Origin: Candidatus Fraserbacteria bacterium
Lineage (GTDB): Bacteria > Bipolaricaulota > Bipolaricaulia > RBG-16-55-9 > DRXL01
NCBI GenBank assembly: GCA_947085185.1
Contig: CAMTVK010000002.1
Coordinates: 96,001-160,000 of the forward strand
Direction: 5' to 3'
DNA length: 64,000 nt
Of this stretch, positions 8,576-20,675 are shown piece after piece. Both the position numbers and the translations under genes were made by a program. A model generated the notes under the pieces. That model was not told where the DNA came from and did no database searches. It saw nothing but the letters and a program-made list of their open reading frames with translations. The stretch's first letter is position 1, and every line of letters begins with the position of its first letter.

Positions 8576-9758
8576 ACGTGGGAGGGGGCACACACGGACA
8601 GGTCTTGCCCAGTTGGCTGAGCACCCACTGGAGAGCTCGAGGGAGCGTCTCGGACTCTCGCTCCGTGATGACATCGGGGGTGAGACCGGCCTCGTGCACG
8701 GGATGGCCCTTGGGCGTGAAATACTCTGCCGTCGTGAGCAGGAGCGCCGAGCCGTCGCTGAGCGTAAACGACGTCTGAATAACGCCCTTGCCAAACGTCC
8801 TCTTGCCGAAGAGCACCCCCATCTGGCGCTCGCGAATCGCCCCGGCGACGATCTCCGAAGCACTCGCTGTGCCGCGATTGACCAACACGGCCAAGGGGAG
8901 ATTGGGATAGCGATTGCCCTTGGAGTTGTAGACTTCTGAGCCGTTGCGACTCCGCACTTTAAGTACTGGCCCTTCGTCAATAAAGAGACTCGCTAGATCT
9001 ACGGCTTGGTTGAGCAGCCCGCCTGGGTTATTGCGCAGATCTAAGATCACCCCCTTGACGCCCTTGGCGAGCAGATCTTGCAGCGCTTTCTCGACCTCGA
9101 CACGCGTCATCGTATTGAACGTATAGACTTGGATGTAGCCGACCTGGCCGCCCGCAAGCAGACTGTGACTGACGATCTTGATCGTGATCGTGTCGCGCAC
9201 GATCTCGAAGAGCTTTTCCGAGCCGTCTTCACGACGGATCTTCAACGTCACAGAAGTGCCCTTGGGGCCGCGCAATTTCTTCACAGCTTGCTCTTGAGTG
9301 ATCCCTTCAGTAGACTGCCCATCAATTTCGAGGATCCAATCCCCAGCCTCGATGCCTGCGCGACTTGCGGGGGTGTCGTACAGCGGAGCGACGACTAAGA
9401 GCTTGCCATCTCGAACTTCGATCTGCATCCCCAGCCCGCCAAATTCTTCGATGACTTCTTTCTCAAAGCCTTCGTTGAACTGCCGATACTCTTCTGCGGG
9501 CAAATACCGGCTATAGGGGTCTTCCAAGGCCTCGACCATGCCCTTGAGGGCCCCTTTGAGCAAGCGCGCATCTGGAGCGTTTTCTGGCCTGTAAAAATTC
9601 GATTTGATGCGCTGATGCGCTTCGAAGAGCGGGGTAAAGAGCGTCGGAGCATGGGGCTGCTGCCCGCGCGCAGCAAAGAGCCCCCATAGCCCAGCGGCAA
9701 CGACAAGAAAGACCAAACTCAATAATAAGCCGCGATAGAATGTCTTCTTAGGTGTCAT
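8520..9758 (-). CDS. ctpA: Carboxyl-terminal processing protease (S41A, PDZ)
   Basis: DPYSRY, FGGLG, PDZ domain, DLRNNPGG, TASASEI, RTFGKG and an N-terminal TM helix. Confidence 0.93.
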   Translation of the reverse strand: MTPKKTFYRGLLLSLVFLVVAAGLWGLFAARGQQPHAPTLFTPLFEAHQRIKSNFYRPENAPDARLLKGALKGMVEALEDPYSRYLPAEEYRQFNEGFEKEVIEEFGGLGMQIEVRDGKLLVVAPLYDTPASRAGIEAGDWILEIDGQSTEGITQEQAVKKLRGPKGTSVTLKIRREDGSEKLFEIVRDTITIKIVSHSLLAGGQVGYIQVYTFNTMTRVEVEKALQDLLAKGVKGVILDLRNNPGGLLNQAVDLASLFIDEGPVLKVRSRNGSEVYNSKGNRYPNLPLAVLVNRGTASASEIVAGAIRERQMGVLFGKRTFGKGVIQTSFTLSDGSALLLTTAEYFTPKGHPVHEAGLTPDVITERESETLPRALQWVLSQLGKTCPCVPPPTYDRSARARPSPVLVWFAP

Positions 9759-9805
9759 ACCGTTCGATCTTAGCACGAGCGCAGGGGCTTTGCAAGATGT
9801 TTGGA

Positions 9806-11137
<1,332 letters not shown>

Positions 11138-11223
11138 ACGAAGCCCTCCGTTCTATGAGGGCTATTATAACGTCTGGAGGCCTTCCAAGCGAGCCCGCGC
11201 CCTTTGGTGTACAATACTGATAT

Positions 11224-11451
11224 ATGACCGTCTTGAATGCAGCTGCGGTGCGGCGTTGGCTTGCGGACCAACAAGCTGCTCACAGCTATATAGAGCGAGA
11301 GCGCATCCGTAGGCTGTTAGCGTTGACACCCCAAGAGGCTCAGCGAATCTATCTCGCTTTAAGCGAGGAGTGGTTGTCCTACACAGATCGTATGGAGCCG
11401 TCGCCATTATTGCTGGCGATGCGCCGTGCGCTTGCTCAACGATCCCCATGA
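11224..11451 (+). CDS. Small hypothetical protein (75 aa), putative partner of the nucleotidyltransferase
   Basis: TACAAT box 8 nt upstream of the ATG. Its stop codon overlaps the next start (ATGA). Confidence 0.65.
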   Translation: MTVLNAAAVRRWLADQQAAHSYIERERIRRLLALTPQEAQRIYLALSEEWLSYTDRMEPSPLLLAMRRALAQRSP

Positions 11452-12026
11452 CTCTCTTGCAAGCTGCTGCAGAGATAGCCGCGTTCCTCGACGAGCGCAG
11501 CATAGATTACGTGATCTTGGGAGGCTTAGCTGTCCAGCATTGGGGCGAGCCACGCACAACGCACGACATAGACGTTACTGTCATGGTTCCTCAAGAACGC
11601 TTGGAAGAGTTTGCCCAAGAGATCCTCCAACGATTTCGGCCTCGCTTGCCCGATGCTTTAGGTTTTGCCTTACGCCATCGCGTCTTGCTGGTTGAGAGTA
11701 CCTCAGGAGTGCCCATAGATATTTCACTAGGGATTCCCGGCTACGAAGAAGAAGTCATGCGTCGGGCGGTGAGAGTAAGCTTACCTGGTGGCGTTTCTGT
11801 CCGCTTTATCAGTGCGGAAGATTTGCTAGTGCACAAATGCGTAGCTGGGCGGGTGCGCGACCAGGAGGATATAGAGCGCATTCTCATCCGGCAACGGCTC
11901 CAGCTCGACTTCGAGTACATCCGGCGATGGCTTCACGACTTTGTTCCCCTTGTGAGCACCCATGACGTCGTAGCAATCTTTGAGGAAGCCCTGCGCAAAG
12001 CACGGCAAGCCCTACAGGATCTCTAG
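11448..12026 (+). CDS. Nucleotidyltransferase-fold protein (DUF6036/AbiEii-like)
   Basis: YVILGGLAV..GEPRTTHDID, SAEDLLVHK and GRVRDQEDI. Confidence 0.8.
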   Translation: MTLLQAAAEIAAFLDERSIDYVILGGLAVQHWGEPRTTHDIDVTVMVPQERLEEFAQEILQRFRPRLPDALGFALRHRVLLVESTSGVPIDISLGIPGYEEEVMRRAVRVSLPGGVSVRFISAEDLLVHKCVAGRVRDQEDIERILIRQRLQLDFEYIRRWLHDFVPLVSTHDVVAIFEEALRKARQALQDL

Positions 12027-12028
12027 CG

Positions 12029-12418
12029 TCACGCCCGGCGCAGCTGCGCGTTGATCCCGTTCTTGTCAATGCTGAGAGTGAAGACCATCTTGCGTTGCTC
12101 CCCGGTCTTCTTCTTGATCTCCAAAGAAGCCGTCAGATAGAACCCTGTCTCGGTCAGCTCTAATCTGCTCACGTCAATGCGAATCACAGCGTCGGGGTTG
12201 GCAGCGTCTATGCGAATCCCACGATCTTGAAACTTGACCGTGAGCTGCCCCAACACGCCCTCTTGGACAAAGCCAGGGATGTTCTCTATCGGCTCAATCG
12301 CGACGGTCTCGATCCCGCGCAGCGGGTCCGCCGATACTTCGTAGATCGTCCAACTCATCGCCACGGCTATGAGCACGAGAAACGCGCCTGCGCCGACAAG
12401 CCACCATCGCGTCTGCAT
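12029..12418 (-). CDS. Hypothetical membrane-anchored protein
   Basis: SD AAGGAGG and an N-terminal TM helix. Confidence 0.7.
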   Translation of the reverse strand: MQTRWWLVGAGAFLVLIAVAMSWTIYEVSADPLRGIETVAIEPIENIPGFVQEGVLGQLTVKFQDRGIRIDAANPDAVIRIDVSRLELTETGFYLTASLEIKKKTGEQRKMVFTLSIDKNGINAQLRRA

Positions 12419-12429
12419 AAAGCCTCCTT

Positions 12430-13155
12430 TCAGTCTTTACGTGCTTCCACGAAATATGAGCTTTGCGAAAGCTTTGGCAAGATGCTCTCCAGAGACTCAT
12501 CCGGAGGGAGCCTCACCAACAAGCCGTCCTGGCGCCCCAAGATAAGAATTCCCTTGATGCTCTGCAGTAGGCTCTCCAACTCCCGTACAGGCGTCTCCTC
12601 TCGAAAGACTACGCGAATAGTCACAGGATGCGCGTGCACAAGCTGAGCAACACGATCAGTCGGGGAACTCGGGATCGTCATCTCTTGCGGGTGTAGCACT
12701 GGTGCAGATTGCTCTGGGGATTTTTTGATGATCTCTTGGGAAGGGAGAACCGAAGCCGTCGAGCTGAGCGACGAGAAGAACGGCGCTGGCTTGAAATAGA
12801 TCACCCCGACCAAACCCACAATAATCACGAACTGGGCGAGTATCACCACGCGCGCGAACGTGGGCACCGGCTCGCGCATGGGGAGGAATTTTTCCCGAAG
12901 AGCTTTCAGCCATGAAGGTTCTTGACGCATCGTGACAATGAGCTGAGCGCAGCGCCGACAGGTCAAGAGATGAGCTGTGACTTCTGCACGGGTCGTTGGA
13001 CTTCCAGCTTGCACCCTAGCAACATCAACGGCACGGCTTCTCTGAAGTCGCCCTGCGATATAGTCCCGCAAGACGCTCTCAAGAGGATGGGATGAATGCT
13101 CTACATGTGTGAGCGGAGCTTCGATGATCCCCTTGAGTTGATCTCGCTCGGACAT
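12430..13155 (-). CDS. Putative zinc-binding (ZAS-type) anti-sigma-like membrane protein
   Basis: HxxxCxxC motif (HLLTCRRC), one TM helix and a C-terminal domain (IRVVFREETP). Confidence 0.6.
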   Translation of the reverse strand: MSERDQLKGIIEAPLTHVEHSSHPLESVLRDYIAGRLQRSRAVDVARVQAGSPTTRAEVTAHLLTCRRCAQLIVTMRQEPSWLKALREKFLPMREPVPTFARVVILAQFVIIVGLVGVIYFKPAPFFSSLSSTASVLPSQEIIKKSPEQSAPVLHPQEMTIPSSPTDRVAQLVHAHPVTIRVVFREETPVRELESLLQSIKGILILGRQDGLLVRLPPDESLESILPKLSQSSYFVEARKD

Positions 13156-13208
13156 GACAACCACCCTTTCAGTATAGCATACGAGTGCACACTTTCGATA
13201 GAGATTCG

Positions 13209-13754
13209 CTATGATGTCTTTTGCGCGGTCAATTCGTCAAAAGCTTCGTTGATCAGTCTCTCTTGATAGCTGAAGCTCACTTGATGCCCGACGAACTCGT
13301 GCATCTCGGCTTGGGTCAAGTGGGTATTTACTAGGTCTTCGCAATCTATGGGAACTTTGAGATCGGACATGCGGAATCCCGCGCGGATGCGCTCCAGTAT
13401 TTGGGCGCGTCGAGTCTGATCTATCAGACCGCCGCAACAGATACAGTGTGGCCCCTTCTGATGATCCGTCTCTTCGTCAAGGACAAGCCCGTCGTCAGGG
13501 CCAGCGCCGCCGTGGCTGAGCCGATAGAGCAAGTACGCCGCAACGTTGTCGGGGTTGCGTGCCCGTCTTTTGGCTTGGGCGAACGCTTGGAAGCGTCGCG
13601 TGATCGAGTAGTCTTTCACGTCGCCGCCCTTGAGGATAAATTCCCAGCGGCGCAGCGCGTCCCAATCGAGTTCGGTCTCGCAGAGCGCGACCTCGTAGAC
13701 GCACGAGCGAAAGACCGCGATCGCAAGCTGACTCGGTTCAATCTTGTCGGACAT
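13209..13754 (-). CDS. Hypothetical protein
   Basis: 181-aa ORF from MSDKIEP with a CICC cluster. No family recognised. Confidence 0.6.
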   Translation of the reverse strand: MSDKIEPSQLAIAVFRSCVYEVALCETELDWDALRRWEFILKGGDVKDYSITRRFQAFAQAKRRARNPDNVAAYLLYRLSHGGAGPDDGLVLDEETDHQKGPHCICCGGLIDQTRRAQILERIRAGFRMSDLKVPIDCEDLVNTHLTQAEMHEFVGHQVSFSYQERLINEAFDELTAQKTS

Positions 13755-13821
13755 ACGGTTCCCTATTTGCTCCAATTTTACGTGGTACGGAGGGATTTGT
13801 CGAATTATAATCAGATTCTCT

Positions 13822-14757
13822 ATGAAAAGAGTCTTAGAGTCTGCGCGGTGGGTGATCGAGCGGGCGGAGCACGTCACTCTTCATGAAGAAGCGGTGCGCC
13901 GGAGTGCTCGCGAGCTCGAAGAGTGCTCGCTCGATCTTGTGTGGGATGGGCTGCACTTTCGCGATGGCACGGAGCGCACGGTGCAGTATCTCTTTGTATT
14001 GGATTGTTTGAATTTCTGTTTCTGGCCGGAGCCGCGCTGGTGCTATCGTAACTTAGACGGCTACGTCGCGCTCGCGACGGCCCTCAAAGACGCCGTCGCG
14101 CGCGGGGATCCCATTCTCGATGCGACTTTCCTTGCACAGATCAGCTGGGAAGATCTGCACACCATACTCGATGGAGAGAACGAGATCCCGTTGATAGAAG
14201 AGCGAGTGAGGATCTTGCGCGAGGCTGGGGCAGTCTTGCAGAAAAAATATGACGGACAGGCAGCGCGGTTGGTCGAGCGCGCGGAGCGCTCGGCGGTGCG
14301 CCTGGTTGAGTTGCTCGTTCAAGATTTTTCGAGCTTTCGCGATGAAGCCCTCTATCGTGGGCGCAGAGTCTATTTTTACAAGAGAGCTCAGATCTTCTGC
14401 GCCGATCTATACGGGGCTTTTGCGGGGCGGGGCTGGGGGGAGTTTTCGGACATAGATGAGCTGACGGCGTTTGCGGACTATAAAGTTCCGCAAGTCTTGC
14501 GGCAGCTTGGGGTCTTGCGCTACAGCGCAGAGCTAGCTGATAGCATAGATCGTCGTGAGGAACTGCTTCCGGGCAGTCCTGAAGAGATCGAGATTCGCGC
14601 GGGCACGATCTGGGCAGTAGAATTGCTGAAGCGCGCGCTCGAGAGACTCGGAAAGACATGGCGCAGCTTTGAGATTGATTGGCGCTTATGGAGTCTTGGG
14701 CAGAGAGAAGAATTTCGCAAGAACCCGTACCATCGGGTGAGGACGATCTATTATTAG
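13822..14757 (+). CDS. Queuosine salvage hydrolase (QNG1/DUF2419 family)
   Basis: VLDCLNFCFW, FSSFRD, FYKRAQI, LTAFADYKVPQVL, EIEIRA, IDWRLW and HRVRTIYY. Confidence 0.9.
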   Translation: MKRVLESARWVIERAEHVTLHEEAVRRSARELEECSLDLVWDGLHFRDGTERTVQYLFVLDCLNFCFWPEPRWCYRNLDGYVALATALKDAVARGDPILDATFLAQISWEDLHTILDGENEIPLIEERVRILREAGAVLQKKYDGQAARLVERAERSAVRLVELLVQDFSSFRDEALYRGRRVYFYKRAQIFCADLYGAFAGRGWGEFSDIDELTAFADYKVPQVLRQLGVLRYSAELADSIDRREELLPGSPEEIEIRAGTIWAVELLKRALERLGKTWRSFEIDWRLWSLGQREEFRKNPYHRVRTIYY

Positions 14758-14860
14758 CATCAGCTCCGCGGTAGATTCAGGCCATGCCGCGTTTCTATAA
14801 CGGGTATTTTGGGGAAGTATTCCAGTTTGCAAAGCCTACGTTGCTTTTCTAGCATACTAG

Positions 14861-16102
<1,242 letters not shown>

Positions 16103-16141
16103 TCGGTGCGTCTGTGTTGGGATAGAATATCTTGGGCAGCT

Positions 16142-16546
16142 ATGCGCTCAGAATACTTTGTGTACGCGTTCGCGTTCGTGATGGTAGCGATCGGGCTGTG
16201 GAATCTCTTTCGCTATGACCAAGTTGGCATTGCGTCGTGGTACGGCGAGCCCTTCCACGGGCGGCGCACCAGCAGCGGCGAAATCTACGATATGTACAAG
16301 CTCACTGCAGCCCATCTGACACTGCCCTTCGGCACAGTCGTGCTCGTCACGGACTTAGATACGGGCAAGAGCGTCGTCGTGCGCATCACCGACTGCGGGC
16401 CCTATGTCGAAGGGCGCATCATTGATCTCTCGTTCGCCGCGGCGCAGAAGCTCGGCATGGTGCGCAAAGGGCTCGCGAGAGTGGGCCTCAAAGTGCTTAA
16501 GTACCCGGAGACCCCCCCCAAGAAAAAATGCTTACCCGACAAGTAG
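16142..16546 (+). CDS. rlpA: RlpA-family DPBB lytic transglycosylase
   Basis: GIASWYG, TSSGE, TAAHLTLPFGT, DCGPY and IIDLSFAAA. Confidence 0.88.
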   Translation: MRSEYFVYAFAFVMVAIGLWNLFRYDQVGIASWYGEPFHGRRTSSGEIYDMYKLTAAHLTLPFGTVVLVTDLDTGKSVVVRITDCGPYVEGRIIDLSFAAAQKLGMVRKGLARVGLKVLKYPETPPKKKCLPDK

Positions 16547-19128
16547 AATCGTTCTCTGATGAAGAGATCTTCGCGCTGCTGCACCCGCTGGTGCGACGCT
16601 GGTTTGTCGAAAAATTTTCGACGTTCAGCCCGCCGCAACGTTTTGCTATTCCCCATATTCACAACCGAAAGAATTGTCTGATCTCCGCGCCAACGGGCTC
16701 AGGCAAGACCCTCGCCGCGTTCTTGGCGATCATCAACGAGCTTGTGCAACTGGCTTCACAGAACGCTCTGGAAGATCAGATTTACTGTGTGTATATCTCC
16801 CCGCTCAAGGCCCTCAGCAACGATATCGAGCGCAACCTCCAAGAGCCCCTGCGCGAGATGGAAGCGCTCGCCCATCACAAGTTGAACATCAGGGTCGAAG
16901 TGCGCACCGGCGACACCTCGGCCGAGAAGCGCCAGCGCATGCTCAAAAACCCACCGCACATTCTCATCACGACTCCAGAGTCGTTCGCTATTGCTCTTTC
17001 AGCCAAACAGTTCTCGAATTATTTCAGTTATGTGCGCTGGGTGATCGTGGACGAAGTGCACGCGCTCGCCGAGAACAAGCGCGGGGTGCATCTGTCGCTC
17101 TCGCTGGAGAGATTGCAAGAGCTCTGTGATTTTGCGCGCATTGGGCTTTCTGCGACCGTCAGCCCGCTCGAAGAAATCGCGAAATTCTTAGTGGGGCGAC
17201 GCTACGGGCAGGTGCTTGCGCCCCTGAGCGACGACCAAGACCCCTGGCGCGATTGCGTGATCATTGACGCGCGCTTCGAAAAGCAGCTCGATCTGCAGGT
17301 CCTCAGCCCCGTAGAAGACTTCGTGCGGTGCTCATTCGAAGAGTTGAACGTGAATCTCTATGAGCTTTTAGATCGTCTTATTCAACAGCATCGCTCGACC
17401 CTGATCTTTACGAACACTCGCGCGCTCACGGAGAGAGTCGTCCACACCCTGAAAGAGAAGTTCCCTCACTACGTCGAGGTCATCGGCGCGCATCACAGCT
17501 CGCTGAGCAAAGAGCTCCGTTTAGATATTGAAAGAAAACTCAAAAACGGCGAGCTCAAAGTCGTCGTCTCCAGCACGAGCTTGGAGCTGGGCATTGATAT
17601 CGGGTATATAGATTTAGTGATCTTGCTTGGCTCTCCCAAGAGCGTCACGCGCGCGCTGCAGCGTGTGGGGCGCTCTGGACATAAACTGCACGATACCATC
17701 AAGGGGCGCGTCGTCGTCACTGATCAAGATGATCTCGTCGAGTGCGCGGTGATGCTCCGCAGCGCCCTCCACCATAGACTAGAAAGACTGCATATCCCCA
17801 CAAACTGTCTCGATGTGCTCGCGCAGCAGATCTTCGGGATTGTGCTTGATGGGCCCACCGACGCAGAAGAGCTGTACGAGCTGGTGACGCGTAGCTATAA
17901 CTTCGCCCAGCTCCCCCGCGAGCACTTCGACAAAGTCTTGGAATATCTTGCGGGCGAGTACACAGATTTAGAAGACCGTCATGTCTACGCCAAGATTTAT
18001 TACGACAAGAAGACGGGAGCGATCCGCGCGCGCGGGCGGCTCGCGCGCGTCTTGTATATGACCAACGTCGGCACGATCCCCGATGAGTCGTATATTATCG
18101 TCAAGGCCGGCACCAAGCGCATCGGCCAGATCGAAGAAGGCTTTTTGGAGATGCTGCGCAAGCACGACACGTTCGTGCTTGGCGGCGAGACGTATAAGTT
18201 TAAGTTCTCGCGTGGCATGACCATTCAAGTCGAATCAGCCCAAGAAGAGCGAGCGACTGTGCCGAGCTGGTTCTCCGAGATGCTCCCGTTGAGCTTTGAG
18301 CTGGCTTTGGACATTCAAGAGTTTCGCTCAGCTCTCTATGAGCTTTTCACGCGTAGGGCTTCTGCGAGTGAGATCAAAGAGTTCATTCGCTCGGAGCTCC
18401 AGCTCGATGAGCGCGGGGTAGACTCGCTTTATCAGTATTTTGCGGCGCAGCATAGATATTCTCGGTTGCCTCATCGTCGAAGATTGTTGATAGAATTCTA
18501 TCACGAAGGGCCCAAAACGATCGTGATCTTTCACGCGCTCTTGGGGCGTCGGGTGAACGACGCGCTCAGCCGAGCGCTCGCGTATCTGATCGCACGTCGT
18601 GAAGATAAAGACATCGAGATCGCCGTCACCGATCACGGCTTCTATTTAGCGTATGAAGGCTCCGTCAAAGTGATGGAGGCGTTTGATCTGCTGAAAGAGC
18701 GCAATTTGCGCGAAGTCCTGCGCGAGGCACTGCGCGACACCGAGATTCTACGAAGAAGATTTCGGCACTGCGCCACGCGCGCTCTCATGATTTTAAGAAG
18801 CTACAAAGGCCAGCACAAGTCCGTCGGCCGCCAACAGATGAAAGCAGCGCTCTTGCAAAACGCCGTCGCGCGCATGGACGAGTATTTCCCCATCTTGACC
18901 GAGACATATCGTGAAGTGATGGAAGACGCCATGGACATCGAGAACGCGCAGAAAATTCTCGACGAGATTCGGTCGGGGCAGATCGAGTTGGAGGGCTTTG
19001 TGAGCTCCTCTCCGTCGCCATTTGCCCTGCACATCGTGATGCACGCCCGATCGGATATCATCAAAGTCGAAGATCGTCAGAGATTCTTGCAAAAGATGTA
19101 CGAACGGCTCACCCACATGCAGAGCTGA
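16528..19128 (+). CDS. lhr: Lhr-core ATP-dependent SF2 helicase
   Basis: APTGSGKT, ISPLKAL, RTGDT, ITTPES, DEVH, LELGIDIG, QRVGRSGH, NVGTIPD and VPSWFSE. Confidence 0.92.
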   Translation: MLTRQVESFSDEEIFALLHPLVRRWFVEKFSTFSPPQRFAIPHIHNRKNCLISAPTGSGKTLAAFLAIINELVQLASQNALEDQIYCVYISPLKALSNDIERNLQEPLREMEALAHHKLNIRVEVRTGDTSAEKRQRMLKNPPHILITTPESFAIALSAKQFSNYFSYVRWVIVDEVHALAENKRGVHLSLSLERLQELCDFARIGLSATVSPLEEIAKFLVGRRYGQVLAPLSDDQDPWRDCVIIDARFEKQLDLQVLSPVEDFVRCSFEELNVNLYELLDRLIQQHRSTLIFTNTRALTERVVHTLKEKFPHYVEVIGAHHSSLSKELRLDIERKLKNGELKVVVSSTSLELGIDIGYIDLVILLGSPKSVTRALQRVGRSGHKLHDTIKGRVVVTDQDDLVECAVMLRSALHHRLERLHIPTNCLDVLAQQIFGIVLDGPTDAEELYELVTRSYNFAQLPREHFDKVLEYLAGEYTDLEDRHVYAKIYYDKKTGAIRARGRLARVLYMTNVGTIPDESYIIVKAGTKRIGQIEEGFLEMLRKHDTFVLGGETYKFKFSRGMTIQVESAQEERATVPSWFSEMLPLSFELALDIQEFRSALYELFTRRASASEIKEFIRSELQLDERGVDSLYQYFAAQHRYSRLPHRRRLLIEFYHEGPKTIVIFHALLGRRVNDALSRALAYLIARREDKDIEIAVTDHGFYLAYEGSVKVMEAFDLLKERNLREVLREALRDTEILRRRFRHCATRALMILRSYKGQHKSVGRQQMKAALLQNAVARMDEYFPILTETYREVMEDAMDIENAQKILDEIRSGQIELEGFVSSSPSPFALHIVMHARSDIIKVEDRQRFLQKMYERLTHMQS

Positions 19129-19223
19129 AGGGCGAAGGGGATACTCGCTAGCAAGGGTGTTTGCCTTTCTCCCCTGAGCTTCGTATAATCCAGATAGCCC
19201 AAGGTGTCGTGCGCTCGCTGGAT

Positions 19224-20108
19224 ATGGCCAAGAAGGACCCAAATCAAATGAGCTTGATTGAGCATTTAGACGAGCTGCGTGCCCGCGTGGTCTACTCGCT
19301 GCTTGTGGTCGTGTCTATCGCGATCATTGCGTATATCTTTCGCGAGCAGATCTTGGCGTTTCTCACGGGGCCATTGCGGGCTTTGAGCAGCTCGCGAGTG
19401 GAGCTCTTAAGATTGCTGGAAGCGTGCCGCACTCTGATCGCTGATCCGACTGCCACTCAGATGCCTGAAGACCAATGGTCTCGCTTAGCTTTCGACTGTC
19501 GGCGCTTCCTCTTTCAAGGGGGAAGCTTGATCTTTATTCGTCCCACAGAAGTTTTCTTCGGATATATCAAGCTCGCGTTCTTCGTGGGGTTGCTCGTTGG
19601 TGCGCCCTTTGTCTTGTATCAGATTTGGCAATTTATCGTGCCTGCGCTCTTCCCTCATGAGAGAAGATACGCGCGCTACGGGTTTCTCGCGGGCGCAGGG
19701 CTCTTTTATCTTGGAGCATTTGGTTGTCTCTTGTTCGTCGTGCCCGTCGCTATCCGGTTCTTGATCGAGCTTGGGGGAAATTATCTCCAAGCGGCGTTCA
19801 CGTTCGATAACTATATCTCGTTCATTCTCTGGTTGATGTTAGGGTTTGGGGTCTCGTTCGAGTTGCCCGTTGTGCTCTTCTTGCTTGCTAAGATCGGGTT
19901 GGTCTCGCACGCGTTCTTGCGAGAGAGGCGCAAGTACGCTATAGTAATAGCGCTCGTCTTGGGCGCGGTCCTCACCCCAACCCAAGACCCCTTTACGATG
20001 ATGACCATGGCGATCCCCTTGATCGTCCTCTACGAAGTGACGCTCTGGATCATCCGGTTCACTGAGAAGAAGAAAGAGACCGAGATCGTACCATCAAAGG
20101 GAGGTTGA
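19224..20108 (+). CDS. tatC: Twin-arginine translocase TatC
   Basis: HLDELRAR, YQIWQFIVPAL, FELPV, LTPTQDP and LYE. Confidence 0.93.
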   Translation: MAKKDPNQMSLIEHLDELRARVVYSLLVVVSIAIIAYIFREQILAFLTGPLRALSSSRVELLRLLEACRTLIADPTATQMPEDQWSRLAFDCRRFLFQGGSLIFIRPTEVFFGYIKLAFFVGLLVGAPFVLYQIWQFIVPALFPHERRYARYGFLAGAGLFYLGAFGCLLFVVPVAIRFLIELGGNYLQAAFTFDNYISFILWLMLGFGVSFELPVVLFLLAKIGLVSHAFLRERRKYAIVIALVLGAVLTPTQDPFTMMTMAIPLIVLYEVTLWIIRFTEKKKETEIVPSKGG

Positions 20109-20111
20109 GCT

Positions 20112-20672
20112 ATGGGTGTCAGTGACTTGGGCAAAGGCAAAGTGATCGAATACGAGGGGGAGCTGTGGATCATCGAAGAGTACGCGCACGTCAAGAAAGC
20201 TCAGGGGCGTCCTGTGGCCCAATGTCGTCTCAGACATATCAAGACGGGCAAGGTCATCCCGCAGAACTTCTTCGACTCGGCCCCAGTCAAGATCGTCCAC
20301 CTTGAGGAGCGCCCTATGCAGTATCTCTACAGCAGCGGCAATCTCTACACGTTCATGGACACCGAGACGTATGATCAGTATTCGCTGACGGAAGAGCAAG
20401 TCGCCGATATCAAGCCGTACTTAAAAGAGAACATGGAAGTCTCAGGGCTCTTTTATGAGGGCACGTTCGTGAAGGTGGACGTGCCTCTCACCGTGGAGCT
20501 CCAGGTCAAGCACACAGGCCCAGGGGTGCGGGGCGACACCGTGAGCAACGTGATGAAGCCCGCGGTGCTCGAGACCGGCTTAGAGCTGAAAGTTCCGCTC
20601 TTCATCAATGTCGGGGACTGGGTGAAGGTTGACACGCGCACCGGACAATACGTGGAGCGTGTCAATCGCTAA
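20112..20672 (+). CDS. efp: Elongation factor P (atypical tip loop)
   Basis: QYLY, FMDTETYDQ, PGVRGDT, KPAVLETG, VPLFI and VDTRTGQYVER. Confidence 0.93.
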   Translation: MGVSDLGKGKVIEYEGELWIIEEYAHVKKAQGRPVAQCRLRHIKTGKVIPQNFFDSAPVKIVHLEERPMQYLYSSGNLYTFMDTETYDQYSLTEEQVADIKPYLKENMEVSGLFYEGTFVKVDVPLTVELQVKHTGPGVRGDTVSNVMKPAVLETGLELKVPLFINVGDWVKVDTRTGQYVERVNR

Positions 20673-20675
20673 GCT

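Noticed and set aside
8576..8980. Long N-terminal extension of the 600-aa ORF (7178..8980)
   Set aside because: It overlaps ctpA in another frame and is low-complexity Arg/Ser-rich; the ATPase domain begins at MIAVRG (8575).
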